A stretch of DNA of 64,000 nt from an uncultured Verrucomicrobiae bacterium. Its GTDB lineage: Bacteria; Verrucomicrobiota; Verrucomicrobiia; Limisphaerales; Palsa-1400. The translations under genes and the position numbers were made by a program. The notes below the pieces were generated by a model. The model was given only the letters and a program-made list of their open reading frames with translations, had not been told where the DNA came from and ran no database searches. The stretch is taken from positions 96,001-160,000 of the forward strand of contig CAVPOM010000008.1 of assembly GCA_963707025.1 (NCBI GenBank), read 5' to 3'. This document shows, in pieces, positions 41,408-50,059 of the stretch (position 1 is its first letter; the number at the start of each line of letters is the position of its first letter).

Positions 41408-44400
41408 TGTTCCTCGGTTTCGGTGTCGCGGCCAAGGCGGTATTTGATGTCGTAGTTCAGGATGAAATCCAACTCCTCCTCCGTGAACCCGTAGTGTCGT
41501 GCGAGCACCGAGTCAATTTCGTCGAGGATGGGCTTGGATGGTCGGAAATTAAAGTATTGGACGGTTACGTTGCCAACTCCTTTATAAAGAACAGTTCTAT
41601 GTGTCGAATTTTTATTGTAGCTCGCCATCAACCGAGAAAGCGTACTTGGAAAATCCTTTGTCTCGGCCTCTGGAATCTTCGGTATTCGAAAACCGAGGAT
41701 TTCTCGTTTGTTGAGATTCCGGCAGTCGGAGTTCACCACATTAAACCAATAAAAAAGCGACGACGACAAACATGCCAAAGCCACATCTCGATCATGGCGG
41801 TTCGCGAAAGGCAACACCTTTAATTCCGATGGTTCGGCTTTTCTTCCTTTGCTGTCTTTTACCTCTGGAATGAAATCCAAAAACTGAAGAAAGAAAGAGA
41901 CCTTACGAGTGAAATACAGCCGAAATTGTGGGGTTCCGCTTGTCAACATCTCGATTGTGAGCGGTTGGGCGCGGAGCTTCTTCAAAATTTGCCGTTCAAT
42001 ATTCGTCTGAATTTTCGTCATCGAAGCATCGAAGAATTGCCTATCTCCAGTAGGCGGAAGGCCAAGATAAAATGGACGCACGTTGAAAAGCTGCGGCCGT
42101 TCGTCGGAATACCATTTCAGGTATTTTGAAGTGAAAATGCGACAGTCGGCTTTGCTCTTGCGGCGGGACAGAACGATTTCTAAGCGCTTATCAACACCCT
42201 CGAACAGCTTTGCGGGGTGTGCGTCTCCTGACCAGTGGCTCACCCACAGATCTGCGTTGTTCTCATAGTAAAAAGCTTGGAAAGATTTGAAGCCGCCAAC
42301 GGAAAAGGCGCTAAGCGGCACAATGAATCCCAAGGCGGAATTTGGGCGGGCCAATTCGACGGATCGTTCAAGACAAAGATTGTATAAGTCGCCGCAATCG
42401 CTTGTCGAATAGCCGCGCACCACATAGCCAGTAACATCCTTAAGTTCTACATACGGCGGGTTCCCAATAATGACATCGAAGCCGCCGCTTGCGAGGATGC
42501 CGTAGAACTGAATGAACCAGTGGAATGGCTGATGAGATTTTACCCACTTGGCGTAGGCAACTTTGTCGCTCCCCTTTACGCCGCATTCGCTGGCAAGGTA
42601 ACGATTGAGTTCGTCTTCCAGCGCCTTGAGCCGATTCTGGAGATTCTGCTTGTCGGCGGTGGGCACTGAACCGTCGCCTTCCGTCTGGAGTTGGCGGAAT
42701 TTGCTAAACGCCTGGTCCACGTCGGCACAACGGGTATTGAACCGCGTGAAGCTGCCCAAATCAGCTTCGTCCATCAATTTCATCTGGCCGCCAGCGAGTT
42801 CCTTCATGCAACGGCGCACCTCTTCTGCCGTGGCGTAGCCGACAAGGGTGTTGCCAGCCCGGATGTTGAAATCAATATCCGGCAGCGGCTCGATACCGAG
42901 GTTATCGCGAGCGGGGTTCGGCTCGACCTGGGCGGCAAGCTTGAGGAACAGGCGCAGTTTACAGATTTCCACCGCCTCTTCCATGATGTCCACGGCGTAG
43001 AGATTATTGAGGATGATGGATTTCAGGACGAAGTAGCGTCGGTTGGGGTGAGCGTCCACGCGAGCAAGGACTTCGCTGAATTTCTTGTGGTAGTTGGGAT
43101 GGGCCTTGCGGCCGTTGTCGCCCCACTCAGCAAGGAACGCTTCCATGCGGTCGAGACAGGCTTCGTAGAGGGGTTCAAGGATGTTGAGTGCGGCGAAGAT
43201 GAATGCGCCCGAGCCGCCAGTGGGGTCAAGGACGGTGATGGTGGTGATGGCCTGCCAGAAGGCCATGAGCAGGTCGGGGCCTTCGCAATTCTGGATGACA
43301 TCCTGCGCGAACTGGCGGAGATCGAGATTGAGGGTAATAAAGTCGTTGACCTCCCGGACTTCGCCTGCGGCAAGTTTCTTATTGACTTCCTCGCAACGCT
43401 GCCGCCGGGCAACGACTTCACGCCAGATTTCGGTGGGCAGGGCATACTCGCCGGACGCGGGTTTATTCCACGTCTTGCGGCGTTCGATCAGGTCGGGCGT
43501 TGTGGTAGCCAGACCGGCAACAATTTCCGGCGGGAGTTTTTTGTCCGTGCCATGGCGCACGGCGGGGTAAATGTAGCGATCCGGATTTTCGCGGAGCAAA
43601 TCCCAAACGGTCGGGCCGTTGGGATTCTCAAAGGCCACCTTGCACTTGGCGCGGGCGGCGTCGAAGAGGAACGGAAGAACCGTGTTTTTGCTGATGTATT
43701 CGGTGATGTCCTCCTTCGTGTAATACGCCCCCATTTGCTTCTGGTTGATATATTTCTCGAAGATGTAGCCAAGCACGTCGGGATTGATCTCGTTGTCGGC
43801 GCGGAGCGGGCGCTCGTCCAAGTGCCATTGGTATTGATCAAAATAATCGAAAACGCGCTCGAAGGCTTTGTCGGGAATCTGGATGTCCTTGCCATAGCGT
43901 TCGGGCTGTTCAAGTTCATGCACGTCGAACAAGCCGCCGTTAAGATACGGGATGTTGCCAAGGAGTTTTTCGAGGTCGGGCGCGCGGTCTTTGCGGCGCT
44001 TGCCAAAGCCTTCATGGAAAAGGCGGAGCAGGAAATAACGGTAGAATGTGTAGAACTTGTCCTTGCCCTGCTCCTTTTGGCAGCGATCGAGGCGGTTGCG
44101 GAGGTAGTTGTGGTCGCCGTCGAGGAACCCCTTGCGCTGGATGAAATAGACGAACATCAAGCGATTGAGCATGACGGAGGCATACCATTCACGGTCGGCC
44201 ACTTCGCCAATGCCGTCAATGAATTTGAGGAAGGCTTTGCGGTGCGTGTCGAAGTCACGGTAGAACGCCTTGGTGACACGCTCGATGTCGAACGCGGCGC
44301 GGGCGCGCCCGGCAATGGTGATGGTGGACAGTTCGCCTTTTTCCTCTTCTTCGAGCGAAACGTAGAGAATTTGCAGTTTCTGTAGCAGGGAGTCGCCGGG

Positions 44401-44766
44401 CTGGGCGCGATTGAAGTCGTGCTTGCGGGCGGAAAGCGGGCGGCCCGGCTCGCGGCGCACCCATGTCCAGGATTGTTGGGCGAAGTCACCGGAGGCGAAT
44501 ACGATGAGATGCTCGAAACTGGTCTGGGTAAGGGCGCGGTCGAGCTTCAACCGCGTCGTGTGATCGGGCAGGACCCCGTCCACGCTGGCGCAAAGCCAGG
44601 CGGTGAAGCCGCGCTTTTCGGCGACGGCCGTAAAGGCGAAATCGGTTTCCCGTGCGCGGAGCGTGAGCTTTTGGCGGCACGGCTCCCAACCGAGTTCTTC
44701 GACAAACAACGTGGTAAGATTCCCACTTTGCAGCAGGGGGCGCGCGCGTTGGAAATCGAATGGCAT
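41404..44766 (-). CDS. Large N6-adenine DNA methyltransferase (Eco57I/type IIG-like)
   Basis: PYLNGGLF, LGYIFEKYIN, GAYYT, LDPTGGSGAF, YAVDI, IIGNPPY. Confidence 0.92.
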   Translation of the reverse strand: MPFDFQRARPLLQSGNLTTLFVEELGWEPCRQKLTLRARETDFAFTAVAEKRGFTAWLCASVDGVLPDHTTRLKLDRALTQTSFEHLIVFASGDFAQQSWTWVRREPGRPLSARKHDFNRAQPGDSLLQKLQILYVSLEEEEKGELSTITIAGRARAAFDIERVTKAFYRDFDTHRKAFLKFIDGIGEVADREWYASVMLNRLMFVYFIQRKGFLDGDHNYLRNRLDRCQKEQGKDKFYTFYRYFLLRLFHEGFGKRRKDRAPDLEKLLGNIPYLNGGLFDVHELEQPERYGKDIQIPDKAFERVFDYFDQYQWHLDERPLRADNEINPDVLGYIFEKYINQKQMGAYYTKEDITEYISKNTVLPFLFDAARAKCKVAFENPNGPTVWDLLRENPDRYIYPAVRHGTDKKLPPEIVAGLATTTPDLIERRKTWNKPASGEYALPTEIWREVVARRQRCEEVNKKLAAGEVREVNDFITLNLDLRQFAQDVIQNCEGPDLLMAFWQAITTITVLDPTGGSGAFIFAALNILEPLYEACLDRMEAFLAEWGDNGRKAHPNYHKKFSEVLARVDAHPNRRYFVLKSIILNNLYAVDIMEEAVEICKLRLFLKLAAQVEPNPARDNLGIEPLPDIDFNIRAGNTLVGYATAEEVRRCMKELAGGQMKLMDEADLGSFTRFNTRCADVDQAFSKFRQLQTEGDGSVPTADKQNLQNRLKALEDELNRYLASECGVKGSDKVAYAKWVKSHQPFHWFIQFYGILASGGFDVIIGNPPYVELKDVTGYVVRGYSTSDCGDLYNLCLERSVELARPNSALGFIVPLSAFSVGGFKSFQAFYYENNADLWVSHWSGDAHPAKLFEGVDKRLEIVLSRRKSKADCRIFTSKYLKWYSDERPQLFNVRPFYLGLPPTGDRQFFDASMTKIQTNIERQILKKLRAQPLTIEMLTSGTPQFRLYFTRKVSFFLQFLDFIPEVKDSKGRKAEPSELKVLPFANRHDRDVALACLSSSLFYWFNVVNSDCRNLNKREILGFRIPKIPEAETKDFPSTLSRLMASYNKNSTHRTVLYKGVGNVTVQYFNFRPSKPILDEIDSVLARHYGFTEEELDFILNYDIKYRLGRDTETEEQ

Positions 44767-44769
44767 AGA

Positions 44770-47700
44770 TCAATCTTTACGGACGCCAAGGGAGCAAATG
44801 ATTTTGGGTTCGCGCGCTTTCACGTCATCCTTCTGAATGCAGAGGCGGTCTTCTTCATGGAGTGAAAGGACCAGAGCGACAAGTTTTTCATCACTGACGC
44901 CAGCGCGAAGTTCACGGTTGAGCAAATCACGGGCGGCCTCGGTCAGCGGCGACTCGTAGATTTCGTCAATTGCCTGATGGAGCGGTTTGATGTCAAACAA
45001 ACTGTCCTTCACATGGGCGGCATATTCCTTGAGCCGCTCATAGATGCGACGGCGCGCGCTGGATGGTTTACCGAGCTGGCCACCAGTGGTGATGCGTTCG
45101 GTCTGGATGCCACCGATGGCTTTTTGAACGAGGGGATGGTGATTGGCCAGGCGCGGGATCGTGGGTGTGGCCGGTTCGCACGCGGCGGCGCGCAAGATTT
45201 CGTGCTGGCTTTCGGTGACGGTGCGCCCTTCTTCGTCCACCCAGGCGAGCGCATCGTTCCCATCGGCTGTGCGGACGTAAACCATGACGCCGGAGGCGGG
45301 CTGGGGGCCGGATGCGCCAACGGGCTTGGCAGGAATGGCAGTCAGGGCCTTGGTCGAAAAAATGACACCGGGCAGATCGGGGATAGTTTTTTTCAGGGTT
45401 GGGTCGGTGTCGCAGGCGTTTTTCCAAATCTGGTAGGCCAGTGACGCCAGGTCCACTTCGTCGTCCGCCGGATCGTTCAAAATGCCGGATTTTTCCGTGA
45501 AGAGGTCGCGGATAACCGTGTCGTGTTTTTCGTCCTCGAAAAATGTTTCGTCCGTGCCGACGACTTCGGCATTTTCACTCAAGCGCTGGCGGACCCGCGA
45601 GCGCAAGCGGATCAGACGCTCGACTCCATCCGCCGGGACAAACGAATAACAAAGAATCTCCTCCGCTTTTTGGCCGATTCGATCCACACGGCCCGCACGT
45701 TGAATGAGGCGGATAATGGCCCACGGCAAATCGAAGTTCACGACGATGGCGGCGTCCTGGAGGTTCTGACCTTCGCTCAGAACATCAGTGGCGACCAGCA
45801 CGCGGAGTTCTTCGGCTGGTGAAACGTAGTGGGGTTCCCCTTTGTCCTGAGCTTTGTTGCTCTCCGGGCTGAAACGGCGGGCGTAGCGGGAAGGGTCTTC
45901 GATGTCGCCGGTGACGCCCGCCATCTGTTTGAGTTCGCGCTCGTGCAACTGGGCCGCGAGGTAAGAAACAGTGTCGGCAAACTGCGAGAAGATGAGAATC
46001 TTCTGGCCGGGATGCTTTTTGGTCACAAGCTTGTGGAGTTCGGCCAGCTTGTGGTCCTCCTCGGGTTCCCATTGGCCCGCAAGTTCGAGGATGGAGAAAA
46101 GGCGTTGGGCATCCTGCCGCAGGTGCTCGGCAAGGTCTTCGATAAAGACGTTGGCGCGCAACCAGTCGAAATTGCGGGTGTGCTCGGTGCGGAGCGTTTG
46201 ATAGCCGGTTGCCCCGGCTTTGGCAAAATCGGCCAGGGACTTTGCAGTGATTTCGGTTGGAGTTGCAGCTGCTGTCTCGTCCGTGCCGAACAACGTGCTG
46301 TCGCTGTCGTGATCGTCAGCGCGGGTGTCGAACAGGGCGGAATCCTGCGTGCCAATGGGAAGAGGCAAGTCATTTTCCAACGCATGGAGAAAGATATAAT
46401 TGCGCAGGATGTGGCGGCGCACAGAGAGAAGAAAGGAATGGCCGCTGCTTTCCAGCCGCTTGAAAAGGTTTGTCCGGCAGAAACCGATGAGACGTTTGCC
46501 GGCGCGGGAAAGGTTGTCCATCACTTCGGCTTCATTCTGGGCCGGTGGCACGTCGGATGGAGGCTTGAGATAATTGGCGAGGCCGTAGCGGGGCAGGTGC
46601 AGCACACGGACGGTGTCAACCACCTGGTCAGAATAAAGCCGGGCGTATTGGTCGTTCGGGTCGCTGTCACGAATCCGAAACGTGAGGGTCTTCGGCTGGC
46701 GTTTGGGGAAATGAAAACGGCTGCCGCCTTCAAGGATGAGGAATCGCCGGTCTTCTTTGGCCTTGGCGCGTTGGCAGTTGGAACATTTTCCCTGGGTGGG
46801 CAGGAGCACGGTGGCGCACGCGGGACACTCCGTGAAGGCGTAATTCCGTTCAACGAAGCTGCGCGTGCGGCGAACCATGAACAGGCGCATCAACTCGCGC
46901 CAGTCGTCGGCGTAACCGCTTTTCTCAAAGGCGGAGAGGCAATTGACGGCGCACTGATGGCGGCGGGTGAATTCATCGGGGCGACCGTCGCAGTCGCGTC
47001 GGAGGTATTCCTCGGGCCGGATGCCAACCACGTCCTCTGGATTCATGAACAGGCGAAGCTGGTTGGCGAGATCGAGATAAGCTTTGTTGTAGGGCGTGGC
47101 CGAAAGGAGGATGCACTTGCTCGCGTTGCGCGCCAGATAATCTCGCACCACCGCCCAGCGCCGGCCCTCGCGATTTCGCAAGTTGTGATTTTCGTCAATG
47201 ATGACGACGCGGTAGCGGCGGAGGTCGGGCAGGCTGTTCTGCGCCTGGGTGATGGAGACGACCTCCGCGATCAAGCGGTAACGGTGCGCGTAGTCTTTCC
47301 ACATGCCGACGAGATTTTTCGGGCAAAGGATGAGGGTTTCGAGCGAGCGGGGCGGGTCCTGAAATACGCGGGCAAGTGCGGTGGCCATGAGAGTTTTGCC
47401 AAGCCCGACGACATCGCCGAGGATTACACCGCCGCGCTTTTCCAGATGCCGGGCCGCGATGCGCACGGCGGCGGACTGAAATTCCAGCAGCGTATCACGC
47501 ATGTCCGGCGGGATGGTAAATTCGGACAGGCCGGCGCGCGCCTCTTCCGCCAAGTGATAGGCCATCTTGACGTAAATTTGGTAGGGCGGCGGACATTCAG
47601 GCCGCGCCCAACTTTCGTCAATCACCTGGATGAGTTCCTTGGTGATGTCCACACACCAACGGTCGCACCAGCGGTTCTTGAACCATTGTTCGAGCTTGGT

Positions 47701-48252
47701 TGAGGCGTCGTGGTCGAGGACGTCCACGTTAAGTTCGCCCTGATGGGAGAGACCCGCCAACGTGAGATTGCTGGAGCCGAGAAAACCGGTGATTGGATTG
47801 TTAGGGTCGAGACGAAAACAGAGGTAGAGCTTTGCATGAAGGGTGTGACGGAGGAACAATTTCACAACCACTTTGCCCGCCTTGAGCTGGGCTGAGAGGC
47901 GGCGAAGGCCGGCCTCGTCGGCGTCGGTGGGGGCGCCAAATGTAAGCTGGGCGCGAAACTCCTCGGCGAGACGCCTTTTCAAACGAATGACCGCCTGCTG
48001 GCTGATCTGGTCCTCCTGGGGCAAAAGGCTGTAGGCGAGGCGCAGTTCGTCTTGGGCGAGCCGTTGCATCCCGACGAGGAGACGACATTGGGCGCCCTCG
48101 CCGCCCGCCCACTTTTCGATCAGGCCGTCAATCGCTTTCCAGCCGCGCAAATTGAAATAGCCAACGCAAAAGTCGGAGCGCTGGGAGATTTCAAGCGTAT
48201 CCCGTAGCGCTGGGAGCAAATCAGTTTCGATGTTGTCGAAGATACGCGGCAT
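44770..48252 (-). CDS. PLD (HKD) nuclease-SNF2 helicase fusion
   Basis: LHAKLY...GSSNLT...GELN; DVVGLGKT; IIDENH; LSATP; LSEGQNLQ; QRAGRVDRIGQ. Confidence 0.92.
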   Translation of the reverse strand: MPRIFDNIETDLLPALRDTLEISQRSDFCVGYFNLRGWKAIDGLIEKWAGGEGAQCRLLVGMQRLAQDELRLAYSLLPQEDQISQQAVIRLKRRLAEEFRAQLTFGAPTDADEAGLRRLSAQLKAGKVVVKLFLRHTLHAKLYLCFRLDPNNPITGFLGSSNLTLAGLSHQGELNVDVLDHDASTKLEQWFKNRWCDRWCVDITKELIQVIDESWARPECPPPYQIYVKMAYHLAEEARAGLSEFTIPPDMRDTLLEFQSAAVRIAARHLEKRGGVILGDVVGLGKTLMATALARVFQDPPRSLETLILCPKNLVGMWKDYAHRYRLIAEVVSITQAQNSLPDLRRYRVVIIDENHNLRNREGRRWAVVRDYLARNASKCILLSATPYNKAYLDLANQLRLFMNPEDVVGIRPEEYLRRDCDGRPDEFTRRHQCAVNCLSAFEKSGYADDWRELMRLFMVRRTRSFVERNYAFTECPACATVLLPTQGKCSNCQRAKAKEDRRFLILEGGSRFHFPKRQPKTLTFRIRDSDPNDQYARLYSDQVVDTVRVLHLPRYGLANYLKPPSDVPPAQNEAEVMDNLSRAGKRLIGFCRTNLFKRLESSGHSFLLSVRRHILRNYIFLHALENDLPLPIGTQDSALFDTRADDHDSDSTLFGTDETAAATPTEITAKSLADFAKAGATGYQTLRTEHTRNFDWLRANVFIEDLAEHLRQDAQRLFSILELAGQWEPEEDHKLAELHKLVTKKHPGQKILIFSQFADTVSYLAAQLHERELKQMAGVTGDIEDPSRYARRFSPESNKAQDKGEPHYVSPAEELRVLVATDVLSEGQNLQDAAIVVNFDLPWAIIRLIQRAGRVDRIGQKAEEILCYSFVPADGVERLIRLRSRVRQRLSENAEVVGTDETFFEDEKHDTVIRDLFTEKSGILNDPADDEVDLASLAYQIWKNACDTDPTLKKTIPDLPGVIFSTKALTAIPAKPVGASGPQPASGVMVYVRTADGNDALAWVDEEGRTVTESQHEILRAAACEPATPTIPRLANHHPLVQKAIGGIQTERITTGGQLGKPSSARRRIYERLKEYAAHVKDSLFDIKPLHQAIDEIYESPLTEAARDLLNRELRAGVSDEKLVALVLSLHEEDRLCIQKDDVKAREPKIICSLGVRKD

Positions 48253-48476
48253 TGTGGGCCTCAGTTGACGATGGAATGCACGACAATGCCTCGCTTATGG
48301 CTGTCCCGTATGCCTGAGTTGTTTGGTGGTCCCGACATGGCTGGCTGATTATGCTACCGGCTGCCAAATTTTCAAATAGATTGATTGGGCGGCTTTCCAG
48401 CGCGGGTTGAGAGACGGTGTATAAGGGGGGGTGAGGAGGCGTTCGCGCCGGACGGCACTCCGCAACGGGGTGGCCA

Positions 48477-50039
48477 TCAGAGTCCCCATTGCCTGTCGGA
48501 CGCTTCTTTGGCCGTTATCTTCATGAGGGTTTCAACCCCAAGCGAGAGGCCGTGGGCCACGCTCAGGCGGTCGAAATCTTCCGCGCCGACCTCCTCAGCC
48601 ACAAATCCCGCAGGCTGCATGAAGTGAATGCGGTTAAGGCCCTGGCCGAGACTGCGACGACGATAAGGCTCAATCTCCCAGGCGGTGAGATTGATAATGT
48701 GCTGCTCCAGCCGTTTCGGGAAGAGGTCCAGATAAAAGTCCGCACGGCTGCCGCCACCAGAGAGGATGAAGTTTGCTTTTGTGCGAAACGCGGGCGGGCG
48801 GCGGTTTTGAAGCAGGAACGGTTCATCAATGTACCGTTTGAAAGCGGCAAAGTTGCCCCGGCATGCATCGAGGCAATCTGAGGCAAAGGCTGCGCGGCTC
48901 TTGTGATAGGCGGTTTCGAGTGAAGAATCGGTACGTGCGTTCGGAACCAGGAACCCAGCGGGAGAATCAGGGATGCGCCAATCGGGGTCTTCCCCGACAG
49001 ACACGGCGGTGCGGACTTGAGCAGGCGACACAGCGCGCAATGCCTGGTCAATTCTCTCGTAGAGCCTGAATGCTCCAAGCTGGGCCACTTCGCAAAAATG
49101 GAATGAGCAAATCTCCTCGCCGTCAATTCTGTGAAGTATGAGCGTGGAGATGTCGAGAGTTCCGGCACCAACGTCAAGCAACAGGAGAGGGCCTTCGCTG
49201 CGGTAGGGTGAAAAGGCATAGCCAGCCAATTGAGCTGCGATCTCGGGATAAAGGGAAAGCCTTTCATCTGCGAGTCGCTGGGTCTCGCTGGAGGGTGGCA
49301 ACCCTGAGGTCATGCACATGCGCACCAACTCGCGCGTGATGGTTTGTCGGGAATCCACCGCGCAAATGGCGGCCCTGGCAGCCAACAAATAGGAGTCGAC
49401 CAGTTTTGGGTTGTTTTTGAGTCGCTTGGCGGGAAAGCCGATGTTCAGCCACCAGCATGGCTGCCTGGCGCGGTGATCATTGGCGTGATTATCTTGATAC
49501 CAGGTAAAAGTATGCATGAGCACCAGGGCGATGAAGATTGCAAGGTCGAGCGCGGCGTCAGATTCGCCTGATCCGCGCGTGATGGCGTCCACCAGCCGGA
49601 GCTTAATGTTTGAAGTCGGCTGCACTCCGTCGAGAGGGTGGAGCGTCGCGGTTTGGGTTGATTCGTAGAAACGGGTTGGGATGAGATATTTTGTGACACC
49701 TTTTGCCCTCGGGGCAAAGACCACACCGTAGTGGCGATCCCAATGGGAATCGCCAATGGCAACCTTGCTGCAGCTCGTTCCGATGTCGAGGCCGATGCGG
49801 AGATCCACGACTGGACTTTGCATGGAACGAAGATTGGGCTGTTCCGGGGGCAGGACGGACGGGGCTTCCTGGTAGCGGACGCGTTTTTCTGGCGGCGCGG
49901 CAGGCTCTGGGGGTGCAGGCGGTGGGGGGCCGGCAGGGGTGATGCCCTTGGCGGAGTCCGCCGGCTTGGGCACTTGGGGAGGCGGTGTGTTTTGCTCGCC
50001 TCTCAGCCACATCCGTAATTTCTGAAACCAGCCAGCCAT
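48477..50039 (-). CDS. Actin/Hsp70-fold ATPase with a Pro-rich N-terminus
   Basis: IGLDIGTSCSKV, YPEIAAQ, LLDVGAGTLD, ILSGGGS; GAGAGG RBS-like sequence before ATG 50039. Confidence 0.7.
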   Translation of the reverse strand: MAGWFQKLRMWLRGEQNTPPPQVPKPADSAKGITPAGPPPPAPPEPAAPPEKRVRYQEAPSVLPPEQPNLRSMQSPVVDLRIGLDIGTSCSKVAIGDSHWDRHYGVVFAPRAKGVTKYLIPTRFYESTQTATLHPLDGVQPTSNIKLRLVDAITRGSGESDAALDLAIFIALVLMHTFTWYQDNHANDHRARQPCWWLNIGFPAKRLKNNPKLVDSYLLAARAAICAVDSRQTITRELVRMCMTSGLPPSSETQRLADERLSLYPEIAAQLAGYAFSPYRSEGPLLLLDVGAGTLDISTLILHRIDGEEICSFHFCEVAQLGAFRLYERIDQALRAVSPAQVRTAVSVGEDPDWRIPDSPAGFLVPNARTDSSLETAYHKSRAAFASDCLDACRGNFAAFKRYIDEPFLLQNRRPPAFRTKANFILSGGGSRADFYLDLFPKRLEQHIINLTAWEIEPYRRRSLGQGLNRIHFMQPAGFVAEEVGAEDFDRLSVAHGLSLGVETLMKITAKEASDRQWGL

Positions 50040-50059
50040 TGCGACCTCTCTTTGCTTGC

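Noticed and set aside
42691..47703. 564-aa and 624-aa plus-strand ORFs
   Set aside because: Antisense shadows of the MTase and helicase, expected with high GC3.
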